64,000 bases of DNA from the human T2T-CHM13v2.0 reference genome, Homo sapiens. The notes below the pieces were generated by a model. That model searched no databases. It saw nothing but the letters and a program-made list of their open reading frames with translations, and was not told the origin of the DNA. The position numbers were made by a program, and so were the translations under genes. The stretch lies in NCBI RefSeq assembly GCF_009914755.1, contig NC_060932.1; one strand, written 5' to 3'. Every line of letters starts with the position of its first letter. Positions within the stretch are counted from its first letter, which is position 1. Shown piece after piece: positions 1-12,568 of this stretch.

Positions 1-236
1 AGTGTCAGCTCACTGCAACCTCTGCCTCCTGGGTTCAAGTGACTCTCCTGCTTCAGCCTTCCGAGCAGCTGGGATTACAGGCACCCGCCACCATGCCCAG
101 CTAATTTTTGTATTTTTAGTAGAGACGGGGTTTCGCCATGTTGGGCAGGCTGGTCTCGAACTTCTGACCTCAAGTGATCCGCCCGCCTCGGTCTCCCAAA
201 GTGCAGGATTACAGGCATGAACCACTGAGCCTGGCC
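1..236 (-). mobile_element. AluS (partial, window edge)
   Basis: Antisense Alu consensus, in TACC1 intron. Confidence 0.93.
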
Positions 237-399
237 TCCCAACTTGACTTTTTAACTAAAAGGTAATACATGCTTGTACATTTTGCTGCCTAAATTTCTA
301 TCTGTAGAAGCAGAAGTTCCCCTGTCCCCTTCCCACTCCCATAGTACTGTATTAGATTTCTTATGCATTCTTCTCCATAGGTTTTACAGATGCCTCTAT

Positions 400-1005
400 A
401 TATTATACGTAGGTTTATTGTATATCCCTCTAGTCGTTTCTTTGTGTCTTTATAAATACTATGATTTTGAACTATAAAAAATATTTACAATATTGGAATC
501 ACATTAGACAAATTTCCTTTTTCCCTTAATAGCATATCCTGACCATTTTTTCATGTCAGAACATATAGCTGAATCTAATTCTTTTTATTAGGTCGTGGAA
601 CTATAGCATTTCTTTATTGATGGGCACTTAGTTACAAACTTTTTTACATTGAAGGTAACACTACAGCGAACATCCTGTGCACTCACTGTTATGCCAGGTG
701 GGAGTATTTCTGTGAATACATAACTGAAAGTGGCATTGCTGCGTTGGAGGGCATGTACACTTTAAATTGCCCTGGTGACTACCACATTGCCCGCCACAAG
801 GCAGCGCCAGTTTTCAGCCGCCCATTGGCACATGAGCCTGCCTGTCTCCTTGTATCTCGGCCCACACAGGACTGTCCTTGTTAATTTTTGCCAATTCAAT
901 CAATTTTCAAAGCTTATCATTTTAATTTACATGCCTCTGATTGCTAATGAGGCTTTAGCATCCTTTCATCAGTTTAATGGCTGTTCATCAACTGACATTT
1001 ATGGT
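400..1005 (-). mobile_element. Old L1 (L1M-type) 3' fragment
   Basis: Degenerate motifs ttgatgggcactta, gaacatcctgtgcac, gaaagtggcattgctg typical of antisense L1M 3' ends. Confidence 0.55.
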
Positions 1006-1023
1006 TTTTAAGAATGCCTTTCA

Positions 1024-1296
1024 GGCCGGGCGCGGTGGCTCACGCTTGTAATCCCAGCACTTTGGGAGGCCGAGGCGGGTGGATCACGAGGTCAGGAGAT
1101 CGAGACCACGGTGAAACCCCGTCTCTACTAAAAATAAAAAAAAAAATTAGCCGGGCGTGGTGGCGGGCGCCTGTAGTCCCAGCTACTCGGAGAGGCTGAG
1201 GCAGGAGAATGGCGTGAACCCGGGAGGCGGAGCTTGCAGTGAGCCGAGACTGCGCCACTGTACTCCAGCCTGGGTGACAGAGCGAGACTCCGTCTC

Positions 1297-1325
<29 letters not shown>
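1024..1325 (+). mobile_element. Young AluY of the Yd lineage (AluYd3/AluYc3-like)
   Basis: 12-bp left-arm deletion (GAGACCA^CGGTGAAA), CACGCTTGT and TCGGAGAGG variants, CpGs intact, pure A tail, perfect TSD AAGAATGCCTTTCA (1010-1023 / 1324-1337). Confidence 0.9.
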
Positions 1326-1327
<2 letters not shown>

Positions 1328-1712
1328 ATGCCTTTCACATCTCATTAATAAACTCATTCCCTGTAGGCCCGTGTCTCACAGATGTCAGTGGTTAGTATCC
1401 CAACTCTAGCTGTGATCGTCTCCAAAATTATGCAGTCTGCTTTTGTACTGGTCTAAAAAAAAAAAAAAATCTAAGACTGTTATAGAAACCATTTGCTAGT
1501 GAGATACAAATTTTGAAGTTGTCTGTAAATTGAATTTTTATAAATTAAAATGGAATTATTTAGGTCACCGATTTTTGTTTTTTTTCTCTCATGCAGTCAA
1601 TTCTTTGAGGCCTGTGCCTCACAGATGTCAGTGGTTAGTATCCTGACTGGCTTTGACTAGTGGCTAATCATGTGCTTTTTGTCTCTTTATTACACCCAAA
1701 CACCATAAACAG

Positions 1713-1833
1713 AGCCAATGAAGAGATTGCTCAGGTTCGAACAAAAGCAAAGGCTGAGAGTGCAGCTCTCCATGCTGGACTCCGCAAAGAGCAGATGAAG
1801 GTGGAGTCCCTGGAAAGGGCCCTGCAGCAGAAG
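1713..1833 (+). CDS. TACC1: TACC1 penultimate coding exon (TACC coiled-coil domain)
   Basis: AG acceptor 1711-1712, GT donor 1834 (AAG|GTACAG); phase-2 start, then [40 protein letters not shown], the TACC1 C-terminal sequence. Confidence 0.96.
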
Positions 1834-2183
1834 GTACAGAAAGGGACCTGATCTGGGTGGCCACAGAGACGTTTGGTTTTCCTCCTCAGCAGTGACTCAC
1901 TTAATGACAGATCTGGGTGAAAGAGGCCTTGGCTTTCTACTCAGACATTTCAGTCCAGCTCCTTTCTGAACTGATCCAGGTGGAAACAAACAAGTCAAAC
2001 CATTAAATTTTCAAGCACATCATGTGGAAATCATCCACAGGCAGGGTGCAGAGAGGAAGTTGCATTTTAACTGAAGTTCAGAACAGCTTCCTAGTTGGGG
2101 TCATGAGACTGCCTTTCTTTCTTTCTTTGTTTTTTATGCAATATATTAATATGAAGCCATCTTCCCCCTTCATTGCTTTAGAT

Positions 2184-2401
2184 CAGTGGTTTGCAGTTGG
2201 GGGCAGTTTTGCCCTCCAGGGGATGTTAGGTGTTAGGTAATGTCTGGAGATATATTTGTTTGGTTGTCACCACTGGGAGATGCTGCTGGTATCTAGTGCA
2301 GGAAGCCAGGGATGCTGTTAAACATCCTACAATGCACAGGACAGCCTCTGACAACACATTTACCCATCCTAAAACATCAGCAGGGCTGCTTTGAGAAACT
2401 G
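2184..2401 (+). mobile_element. MER20 (hAT-Charlie MITE)
   Basis: CAGTGGTT...TTGAGAAACTG termini, internal gccagggatgctgttaaacatcctacaatgcacaggacagcc; 8-bp TSD ctttagat/ctatagat. Confidence 0.88.
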
Positions 2402-2559
2402 CTATAGATAAATGAAAACCAGGACTAGCAACAATCCCTGTTTCTCACTAAGCAATTTTTAGCTTTCCGTTTTTATATGTCTCCGGTGTATTTTCTTTAC
2501 TGCATTTCCAATTATGTACTCATACCTGTGCCATCCATTCATCAAGAGCAGGAGTTTTT

Positions 2560-2715
2560 ATCACAGGGTCTGTTAGCCCCTAGAACGGTGCTCCCTGGGA
2601 GATTCAGACTCCAGCATCCCTAGATATGCTAATGGATTGAGTGAGACCCAGATACTTATGTTTTTGACAAGTACCCCAGATAATTCCTCTGATAACAAGA
2701 AAATTGGGGAACTAA
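2560..2715. mobile_element. MER5-family fragment
   Basis: tgtttttgacaagtaccccagataattcc resembles the MER5 core. Confidence 0.45.
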
Positions 2716-2968
2716 GAGATTCATGGACAAGTTTCAGAGGGCTGGTGACTGTCCTCACCCTTTACTCAATTTAAGCATGATTTTATGAGTACATTTTTTG
2801 AGGTGTGTAGCCTTTTTTTCTTTAAAGCATCTCTGATGTAGAAAAGTTAAAAATCACTGAATTAGGATGTCTAGGGTAGGGTAGATCCAGACTTGGGACT
2901 AGTTAACTCTATTTGCCTTTATTTCAGAATACAAAGTGGCCTGCATAATTATGTCATTTGTCTTTCAG

Positions 2969-3037
2969 AACCAAGAAATTGAAGAACTGACAAAAATCTG
3001 TGATGAGCTGATTGCAAAGCTGGGAAAGACTGACTGA
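2969..3037 (+). CDS. TACC1: TACC1 last coding exon segment (NQEIEELTKICDELIAKLGKTD*)
   Basis: tttgtctttcag acceptor ending 2968; in frame with the previous exon; conserved TACC terminus ELTKICDELI; TGA 3035-3037. Confidence 0.96.
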   Translation, partial: NQEIEELTKICDELIAKLGKTD

Positions 3038-6000
3038 GACACTCCCCCTGTTAGCTCAACAGATCTGCATTTGGCTGCTTCTCTTGTGACCACAATTATC
3101 TTGCCTTATCCAGGAATAATTGCCCCTTTGCAGAGAAAAAAAAAAACTTAAAAAAAGCACATGCCTACTGCTGCCTGTCCCGCTTTGCTGCCAATGCAAC
3201 AGCCCTGGAAGAAACCCTAGAGGGTTGCATAGTCTAGAAAGGAGTGTGACCTGACAGTGCTGGAGCCTCCTAGTTTCCCCCTATGAAGGTTCCCTTAGGC
3301 TGCTGAGTTTGGGTTTGTGATTTATCTTTAGTTTGTTTTAAAGTCATCTTTACTTTCCCAAATGTGTTAAATTTGTAACTCCTCTTTGGGGTCTTCTCCA
3401 CCACCTGTCTGATTTTTTTGTGATCTGTTTAATCTTTTAATTTTTTAGTATCAGTGGTTTTATTTAAGGAGACAGTTTGGCCTATTGTTACTTCCAATTT
3501 ATAATCAAGAAGGGGCTCTGGATCCCCTTTTAAATTACACACACTCTCACACACATACATGTATGTTTATAGATGCTGCTGCTCTTTTCCCTGAAGCATA
3601 GTCAAGTAAGAACTGCTCTACAGAAGGACATATTTCCTTGGATGTGAGACCCTATTTTGAAATAGAGTCCTGACTCAGAACACCAACTTAAGAATTTGGG
3701 GGATTAAAGATGTGAAGACCACAGTCTTGGGTTTTCATATCTGGAGAAGACTATTTGCCATGACGTTTTGTTGCCCTGGTATTTGGACACTCCTCAGCTT
3801 TAATGGGTGTGGCCCCTTTAGGGTTAGTCCTCAGACTAATGATAGTGTCTGCTTTCTGCATGAACGGCAATATGGGACTCCCTCCAAGCTAGGGTTTGGC
3901 AAGTCTGCCCTAGAGTCATTTACTCTCCTCTGCCTCCATTTGTTAATACAGAATCAACATTTAGTCTTCATTATCTTTTTTTTTTTTTTTGAGACAGAGT
4001 TTCGATCTATTTTAAGTATGTGAAGAAAATCTACTTGTAAAAGGCTCAGATCTTAATTAAAAGGTAATTGTAGCACATTACCAATTATAAGGTGAAGAAA
4101 TGTTTTTTTCCCAAGTGTGATGCATTGTTCTTCAGATGTTGAAAAGAAAGCAAAAAATACCTTCTAACTTAAGACAGAATTTTTAACAAAATGAGCAGTA
4201 AAAGTCACATGAACCACTCCAAAAATCAGTGCATTTTGCATATTTTTAAACAAAGACAGCTTGTTGAATACTGAGAAGAGGAGTGCAAGGAGAAGGTCTG
4301 TACTAACAAAGCCAAATTCCTCAAGCTCTTACTGGACTCAGTTCAGAGTGGTGGGCCATTAACCCCAACATGGAATTTTTCCATATAAATCTCAATGAAT
4401 TCCCTTTCATTTGAATAGGCAAACCCAAATCCATGCAAGTGTTTTAAAGCACTGTCCTGTCTTAATCTTACATGCTGAAAGTCTTCATGGTGATATGCAC
4501 TATATTCAGTATACGTATGTTTTCCTACTTCTCTTGTAAAACTGTTGCATGATCCAACTTCAGCAATGAATTGTGCCTAGTGGAGAACCTCTATAGATCT
4601 TAAAAAATGAATTATTCTTTAGCAGTGTATTACTCACATGGGTGCAATCTTTAGCCCCAGGGAGGTCAATAATGTCTTTTAAAGCCAGAAGTCACATTTT
4701 ACCAATATGCATTTATCATAATTGGTGCTTAGGCTGTATATTCAAGCCTGTTGTCTTAACATTTTGTATAAAAAAGAACAACAGAAATTATCTGTCATTT
4801 GAGAAGTGGCTTGACAATCATTTGAGCTTTGAAAGCAGTCACTGTGGTGTAATATGAATGCTGTCCTAGTGGTCATAGTACCAAGGGCACGTGTCTCCCC
4901 TTGGTATAACTGATTTCCTTTTTAGTCCTCTACTGCTAAATAAGTTAATTTTGCATTTTGCAGAAAGAAACATTGATTGCTAAATCTTTTTGCTGCTGTG
5001 TTTTGGTGTTTTCATGTTTACTTGTTTTATATTGATCTGTTTTAAGTATGAGAGGCTTATAGTGCCCTCCATTGTAAATCCATAGTCATCTTTTTAAGCT
5101 TATTGTGTTTAAGAAAGTAGCTATGTGTTAAACAGAGGTGATGGCAGCCCTTCCCTAGCACACTGGTGGAAGAGACCCCTTAAGAACCTGACCCCAGTGA
5201 ATGAAGCTGATGCACAGGGAGCACCAAAGGACCTTCGTTAAGTGATAATTGTCCTGGCCTCTCAGCCATGACCGTTATGAGGAAATATCCCCCATTCGAA
5301 CTTAACAGATGCCTCCTCTCCAAAGAGAATTAAAATCGTAGCTTGTACAGATCAAGAGAATATACTGGGCAGAATGAAGTATGTTTGTTTATTTTTCTTT
5401 AAAAATAAAGGATTTTGGAACTCTGGAGAGTAAGAATATAGTATAGAGTTTGCCTCAACACATGTGAGGGCCAAATAACCTGCTAGCTAGGCAGTAATAA
5501 ACTCTGTTACAGAAGAGAAAAAGGGCCGGGCACAGTGGCTTATTCCTGTAATCCCAACACTGTGGAAGGCCGAGGCAGGAGGATCACTTGAGTCCAGGAG
5601 TTTGAAACCTACCTAGGCAACATGGTGAAACCTTGTCTCTACCAAAATAAAAATTAGCTGGGCATGGTGGCACGTGCCTGTGGTCCCAGCTACTTGGGAG
5701 GCTGAGGTGGGAGCCTGGGAGGTCAAGGCTGCAGTGAGCCATGATCATGCCACTGCACTCCATCCTGGGTGACAGCAAGATCTTGTCTCAAAAAAAAAAA
5801 AAAAAAAAAAAACCAGGAGTGAAAAAGGAAAGTAGAAGGCAGCTGCTGGCCTAGATGTTGGTTTGGGAATATTAGGTGATCCTGTTGAGATTCTGGATCC
5901 AGAGCAATTTCTTTAGCTTTTGACTTTGCCAAAGTGTAGATAGCCTTTATCCAGCAGTATTTTAAGTGGGGAATGCAACGTGAGGCCAACTGAACAATTC

Positions 6001-8036
6001 CCCCCGTGGCTGCCCAGATAGTCACAGTCAAGGTTGGAGAGTCTCCTTCCAGCCAGTGACCTACCCAAACCTTTTGTTCTGTAAAACTGCTCTGGAAATA
6101 CCGGGAAGCCCAGTTTTCTCACGTGGTTTCTAGCTTCTTCAGACTCAGCCCAAATTAGGAAGTGCAGAAGCACATGATGGTGAAAAACCTAGGATTTGGC
6201 AGCCTTCCAGAATGGTATGGAATCTGAGGGAAGATTTATGTTTCGTTTTGGAGGATAGCTCAAGTTGAATTTTCTTTCCAGCCAGTTACCCTTTCAACCT
6301 ACCCATACTTTGTACAACTCTTACACAAATACTTAGATATTTATTAGATAGCCCTGAATTCACTCTAATTATAAACAGGGAGTGTAAACTGCCCCCAGAT
6401 GTTCCTGGGCTGGGTAAAAGCAGCTGGAGTGAAGCACTCATTTTCCATAAAGGTAACAAAGGGCAGCTCAGTGGTTACTCAAGCTCAAAAGGGTTTTTTT
6501 AAGAGCAAGCATTGGTTAAGTCTGTGTATACTGAGTTGGAAGTGATTTCAGCACATTCTTTTTTAGTGGAGTGAAAGTTCTGAAGCCCCCTTTTAACTTC
6601 CTCTTGGTTTTTCATTATAATTGGTAGCCATCTCATGAACTGTCTCTGACTGTTGTCTCTTTGTGGTCATGTGATTGTGAGCTTGCTTTCTGACTTGCAT
6701 TTCTGACTTTATCCTGTTGTTAGGAAGATAGAAACTAGGTTTTGAAAGATTACATGATTCAAGCGAGGGATTTTAAAGTAAAGATGTATTTATTCTGAAG
6801 AATCTAAAAGATAACAGATTATTTGCTTATGAAAGAACAATATAGTCTGGGAATCCCAGAATGTCAAGCCAAAGGTCTAAGAAGTCATCTCCTTCAAATA
6901 CTTTAATAAAGAAGTATTTCGAGGAGATATCTGTCCAAAAAGGTTTGGCCTCCAGATTCCAGTTATTTTTAAAAAGCAACTTACCACTAAATCCTTGAGT
7001 CTCCATAGAGTAACAGTAAAGAAACTGATGTAACAGACTCTCCTCTCAAAGGATCTCCTCTGGAAGAGACTATCAGCGGCAGCATTCTCCAGGGAAGACC
7101 CATCCCCTAGTGCCAGAGCTTGCATCCTGGAGACTAAAGATTGCACTTTTTTGTAGTTTTTTGTCCAAATGCAATCCCATTTCTGTGCCTCTTAGCATGC
7201 AGTTAGATTTGGACAAACAAGATTCCTAAGGAATGACTTTATTAACTATAATATGGTTACAGCTATTATATAAATATATATTCTGGTTATAGTTCTAATA
7301 TGGAGATGTTGTGTGCAATGCTGGCCTGTGGTGGTCTGTGTAATGCTTTAACTTGTATGGAGGAGGCCAGGCTCAGAGCTGAGATGTGGCCTGAACCTTC
7401 CCTGTATCGATCCTTTAATTTAGAACTGTCAAGATGTCACTTTCTCCCCCTCTGCCTTTTAGTGGTATCTGACATATACTCAAAACAGTAATTTCCTGGT
7501 CACATCATTAACTGCTAATTCTGTATTTATAAAGAATTTTCAGATGGACATGTACAAATTTGAACTCAAACCATCCCCAGTCCAGATACAGGGCAGCGTG
7601 TAGGTGACCACACCAGAGCCTCAGCCTCGGTCCTTCTCAGCCGTCGGGATAGGATCCAGGCATTTCTTTTAAATCTCAGAGGTAGCAGTAAACTTTTCAG
7701 TATTGCTGTTAGCAAGTGTGTGTTTGCCAATAGATACCCATTATACTAATGTGCCAAGTAAATGTTCATTGCACATCTGCTTCCACTGTGTTCCCACGGG
7801 TGCCATGAAGTGTGTGAGGAGCCCCTCATCTGGAGGGATGAGTGCTGCGTTGACTACTGCTATCAGGATTGTGTTGTGTGGAATATTCATCTACATAAAT
7901 TTTATATGCACAGTAATTTCCCTTTTTATATGTCAAGTAACTATTTGTAAAAGTTATACTCACAAATTATTATAATGATTACTAATATATTTTTTCCATG
8001 TTTCATTGCCTGAATAAAAACTGTTTACCACTGTTA
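3038..8036 (+). other. TACC1: TACC1 long 3'UTR (~5 kb)
   Basis: Repeat-poor AT-rich sequence from the stop codon to AATAAA 8013-8018, followed by a GT-rich element; consistent with the known long TACC1 mRNA; exact cleavage site estimated. Confidence 0.85.
5524..5812 (+). mobile_element. AluJ in TACC1 3'UTR
   Basis: Full dimer with AluJ diagnostics and A tail. Confidence 0.92.
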
Positions 8037-8070
8037 GATTTGGGGGTGTGTGTGGTGTTGGTACTTTTCC
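8013..8070 (+). terminator. TACC1: TACC1 distal polyadenylation signal and downstream GU-rich element
   Basis: AATAAA 8013-8018, upstream TGTA (~7945), downstream ttgggggtgtgtgtggtgttgg. Confidence 0.85.
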
Positions 8071-9558
8071 TGGTTATAAATTGTATCCCTGAATGTGAAA
8101 ATTTATGGCAGCCCTGCTTTTATGAGCCCCATATTTCAACCTAAAAATAGGAAAGATCACATTTTCTCTACACTCATTTTGTGCATGTGGTTGGGTGTGT
8201 AACTAAAAACAAACTTTGGAATTCAGATACTGCCATGTAGATGTCGTGCCTTTGCATCTGTGCAAACAAAGTTTTTAGCTGGGTGCTTCTTGGTTTTGCT
8301 TAGAGACTTGTTGTCTGCCCTGGCATTTTTCAAGTCACCCCAAGCTTTCTGACTCGAAGGACCTGGGGTAAGGCAGAACTATGTAAATAGTGCAGAGCAA
8401 AGAGTTGCTGTGTTTTGTTTCTTCTAGGTTCAATGCGGTACCAGGAATAACTTTTTAAATACTGGCTAAGCCAACTCTCCACTTTAAAGGGATAGGAGAT
8501 TGGGCAGGAAATTTTGTGGGTTGTATTACAGGAAAAGACAAATTAAGAGGATAGTTAAGGCTTCATTTTACAACTAGCTGGAGATCCACTTAGGAAAATC
8601 AGAGAACTATCACTTTTCTTGCTGTTTGCCACATCTTAAGACAGTGCAGCCTCTGTCTGCAAATATGCCAAAAGGCATATTTCTCACCCCTGCGCGCCTG
8701 AATCACCAGGAGAGAATCTTCTAAAAGTCTCTGATGGAGACTGCCATTTGCAGAATGTGAAACACAGTAGAAATATGTTTCTAAGAATTATTGGGAAGAA
8801 TAAGATGGAAATTAACCTTGCTACTCTCTTACAGAATTGTATTCTTAGATAATTTAGGACCACCAATGTTTTTCATACTTTTACAAATAGGGGATCATGG
8901 GGCCATTTTAGTGAATAGCAATTAAGCGTAAGTATTTCTTCATGGAATCTATTACAGATATAAATGAATATATGTGAACTTGGTCATGACAAAAAATGAC
9001 TTTCTTGCTGTGGCTAATGGTCAAAGCATGAAAAACCCTGATCTAGCCAACTGAAGTCCTTTTACAATGGAAACAGGCCCAGTGGGAGAAGCAATGAAGC
9101 GAAGATCACATGGCTTGTATGTCAGTAAGCATTGTTGCCCTCACTCAAAATGAGGGAAAAAAAATTAATTGCAACTTAGTTCTTTTCAAGCTCTTGAAAT
9201 CCAAGTCCTAGGTTTAGGTAGTATTTATATCATTTTCCAAGTTTGTAGGCACTTAAGGACCGATGAAAACCAAATACCTTTTTCTCAACACTTACTCATT
9301 CATTCACTCATTTATTTGCAGAGTTTAAAGTGAAACATGAAAAGTTTGAGGGACAGTTAGCCAAAGAAATTGTTTTTACATTTTATTGAAACAGCATTTA
9401 AATATAAATAATAGGGTAATGAAAATGATTCTTCCCGAGAAGAAAGCCATCCCTAGGTTACATTTCTTGAAAGAAAAAATGTAGTTGTGAGTTGTTGGTT
9501 AGTTATTATCTGAGTTATTTCCTGAGAGTGGATAGATAGTGGTGCTTATGATCTATGA

Positions 9559-9889
<331 letters not shown>

Positions 9890-10272
9890 CTATTTTCTGC
9901 ATTTCTGAGAATTAACAAAATGTGCCAAGTTAAGATGTGCAAACTCCTAATCAGAAAACATTCAACTGTGAGACATCATATAGACCAAGAAGACATTTTT
10001 GTTTTAGACATCAAAAATGACAGCACAATTAGCTAATTGGGTGCATTCAGGCATAATCACAATATTTTACTAAAATATTAAGGAGTCCAGACAGCGTCTC
10101 TTGGATGTGCAACGATGAACATGCCTTCTATTTCACTGTAAGACTGGCACTCTAATTTGTCTTTTATGTAGTCCGTACTTTTCCAGATACGTATTTTTTT
10201 CTTTCTCCCTTTCAGTTGATTTGTATAACATCATGAATTTTCAGCAAAAATGCCATGTGTAAAATATGATTC

Positions 10273-10560
10273 AGTCAAGCATGGTGATTCACGCCTGTAA
10301 TCCCGGCACTCTGGGAGGCCAACGAGGGTGGCGGATTGCTTGAGCTCAGGATTTTGAGACCAGCCTCTAACATGGCAAAAACCTGTCTCTACAAAAAACA
10401 CAAAAATTAGCCGGGCATGGTGGTGCACACCTGTAGTCCCAGCTACTCGGGAGGCTGAGGTGGGAAGATTGCTTGAGCTGGAGGTCGAGGCTCCAGTGAG
10501 CCATGATTGCACCTCCGCACTCCAGCCTGGGCGCCAGAGCAAGACCCTATCTCAAAAAAA
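10273..10560 (+). mobile_element. AluJ
   Basis: Alu dimer, aaaatatgatt flanks. Confidence 0.9.
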
Positions 10561-11780
10561 TTTTTTTTTATATTAAAAATTTTTTAAATAAGCAAAATAT
10601 GATTTTACTTCCTGTGTCAACTTTCAGTGCAAATGTGTATGAGTGGTCACAGGGGGCCTCCATTCCCAAAGGCTTATTCTCTCTCGGGCCACGTCTTTCA
10701 AACTGCAGGTCAAAACCCATTTTAGAGGTTATGAATTAGAACAGAAGAATGAACGCTTGTAAAAGCAAATAGTGAAGGTGTAAGTGCTGTTTCATGAAAT
10801 TTTATTACACTTACATGATACCATATATGGGTAATGAGTTGTAATTTTAAACATCTTGGTTTGGGGGCCTAAAAGTTAAAAAAAGCAAGTTTAAAAAAGC
10901 TTAAAAGCCACTAACTTTAGGTCATGGGGAGACAGTTGTTGGATCAGTCAAGGATTTTATAGGAGTTAAAAACAATGATTGCAATCTCCATTTGTTAAAA
11001 GTAAGCTACAGAGTTAGAACACAGTAATCCACAACCACAGTTTATGGCAACTTGAAGAAATCAAAACTTCAGAACGGAAACATGAAGCTGCGTTCAGAAA
11101 ACACAACCTAAAAATTCCTTTCTAATCCTCAGTTGAGATGGAAAGAAGAAAAGAGAACGTTAGAACGGGAGTACATAAAGAATAAAAGCCTGTGGACCTA
11201 ACAAGCCCTCTAGAAAATAAAGTCTACTAAAAAATAAGAAATGTAAAATTCTTCCTTCCCTCTGCCGTCCCAACATAAACTCATCCTCCTCCTCGAGGCA
11301 GCAGAGGGCGAGCTACTCAGGTTCAGAGACACATTTCTGTTTTGCTGCCACTGCCAAAAACTAACCCGACTCTCAACTGATAAAATGAAACCTCCTCTGT
11401 TAGAAGCAAAAATTCTCCTTGATTACAACTTCTTAGACTTAAATTTCTTTGCACAGTTCAATTCTAAATTACAATTGTTCCTATCTGCTGTAGACAAGAT
11501 CTTTCATTTAAATCTTAACTAGATGTTGGTGTCTGTTCTTCGATGCCACACTTCAACTGAGTAACTGCAAGGCAATGAATACGTGTGTATGAAGTAAGTG
11601 ACCAAGTCTTGAGGTTCCACATATTTTCAGAAACGTGGTCAGATTTGAAGTTGAATCTGAGGGTTTGAGTTAAGGAAATAAGCTTAAGGAGACAAGATCA
11701 TTCACCACAATGTCACACAGGCAGAAATCAGATACAAATCAGAGAATGCCAGAGGTGTGATAAAATAGTTGGTCAATTGG

Positions 11781-12085
<305 letters not shown>

Positions 12086-12254
12086 TATATATATATATAT
12101 TTGGTCAATTGGGATGTTTGTGGAAATTAATTTCTCTAAACATTTAAAAATTATTTTGGAATCATTTTAGATTTGCAGAAAAGTTGCAAAGATTCTCTTA
12201 ACTTTCCTTCCTTTCGTGGCTAGCTCTATATTTCCACCCTTTCCTTGTTCTTCC

Positions 12255-12568
12255 TTTTTTTTTTTTTTTTTTTTTTTGACAGAGTTCTTTCTCTGTCACA
12301 CAGGCTGGAGTGCAGTGGTACAATTATAGCTCACTGCAGCCTTGACCTCCTGGGCTCAAGTGAGCCTTCCCCCTAAGCCTTGTGAGTAGCTAGGACTACA
12401 GGTGCACGCCACTGCACCTGCCTGTTTTTTTTTTAATTGTAGAGATGGGGTCTTGATACGTTGTCTAGGGCGGTCTTGAACTCCACAGCCCATCCTGGGC
12501 TCAAGTGATCCACTCACCTTGGCCTCCCAAAGTGCTGGGATTACAGGTGTGAGCCACCACACCCAGCC
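12255..12568 (-). mobile_element. AluJ
   Basis: Antisense dimer with poly-T. Confidence 0.9.

Noticed and set aside
1388-1401. GTGGTTAGTATCCC resembles the tRNA-Asp D-arm / A-box
   Set aside because: No anticodon arm, T-arm or B-box follows in either copy
6877-7146. 89-aa antisense ORF within the TACC1 3'UTR
   Set aside because: Non-ATG start, no recognisable homology, length within chance expectation
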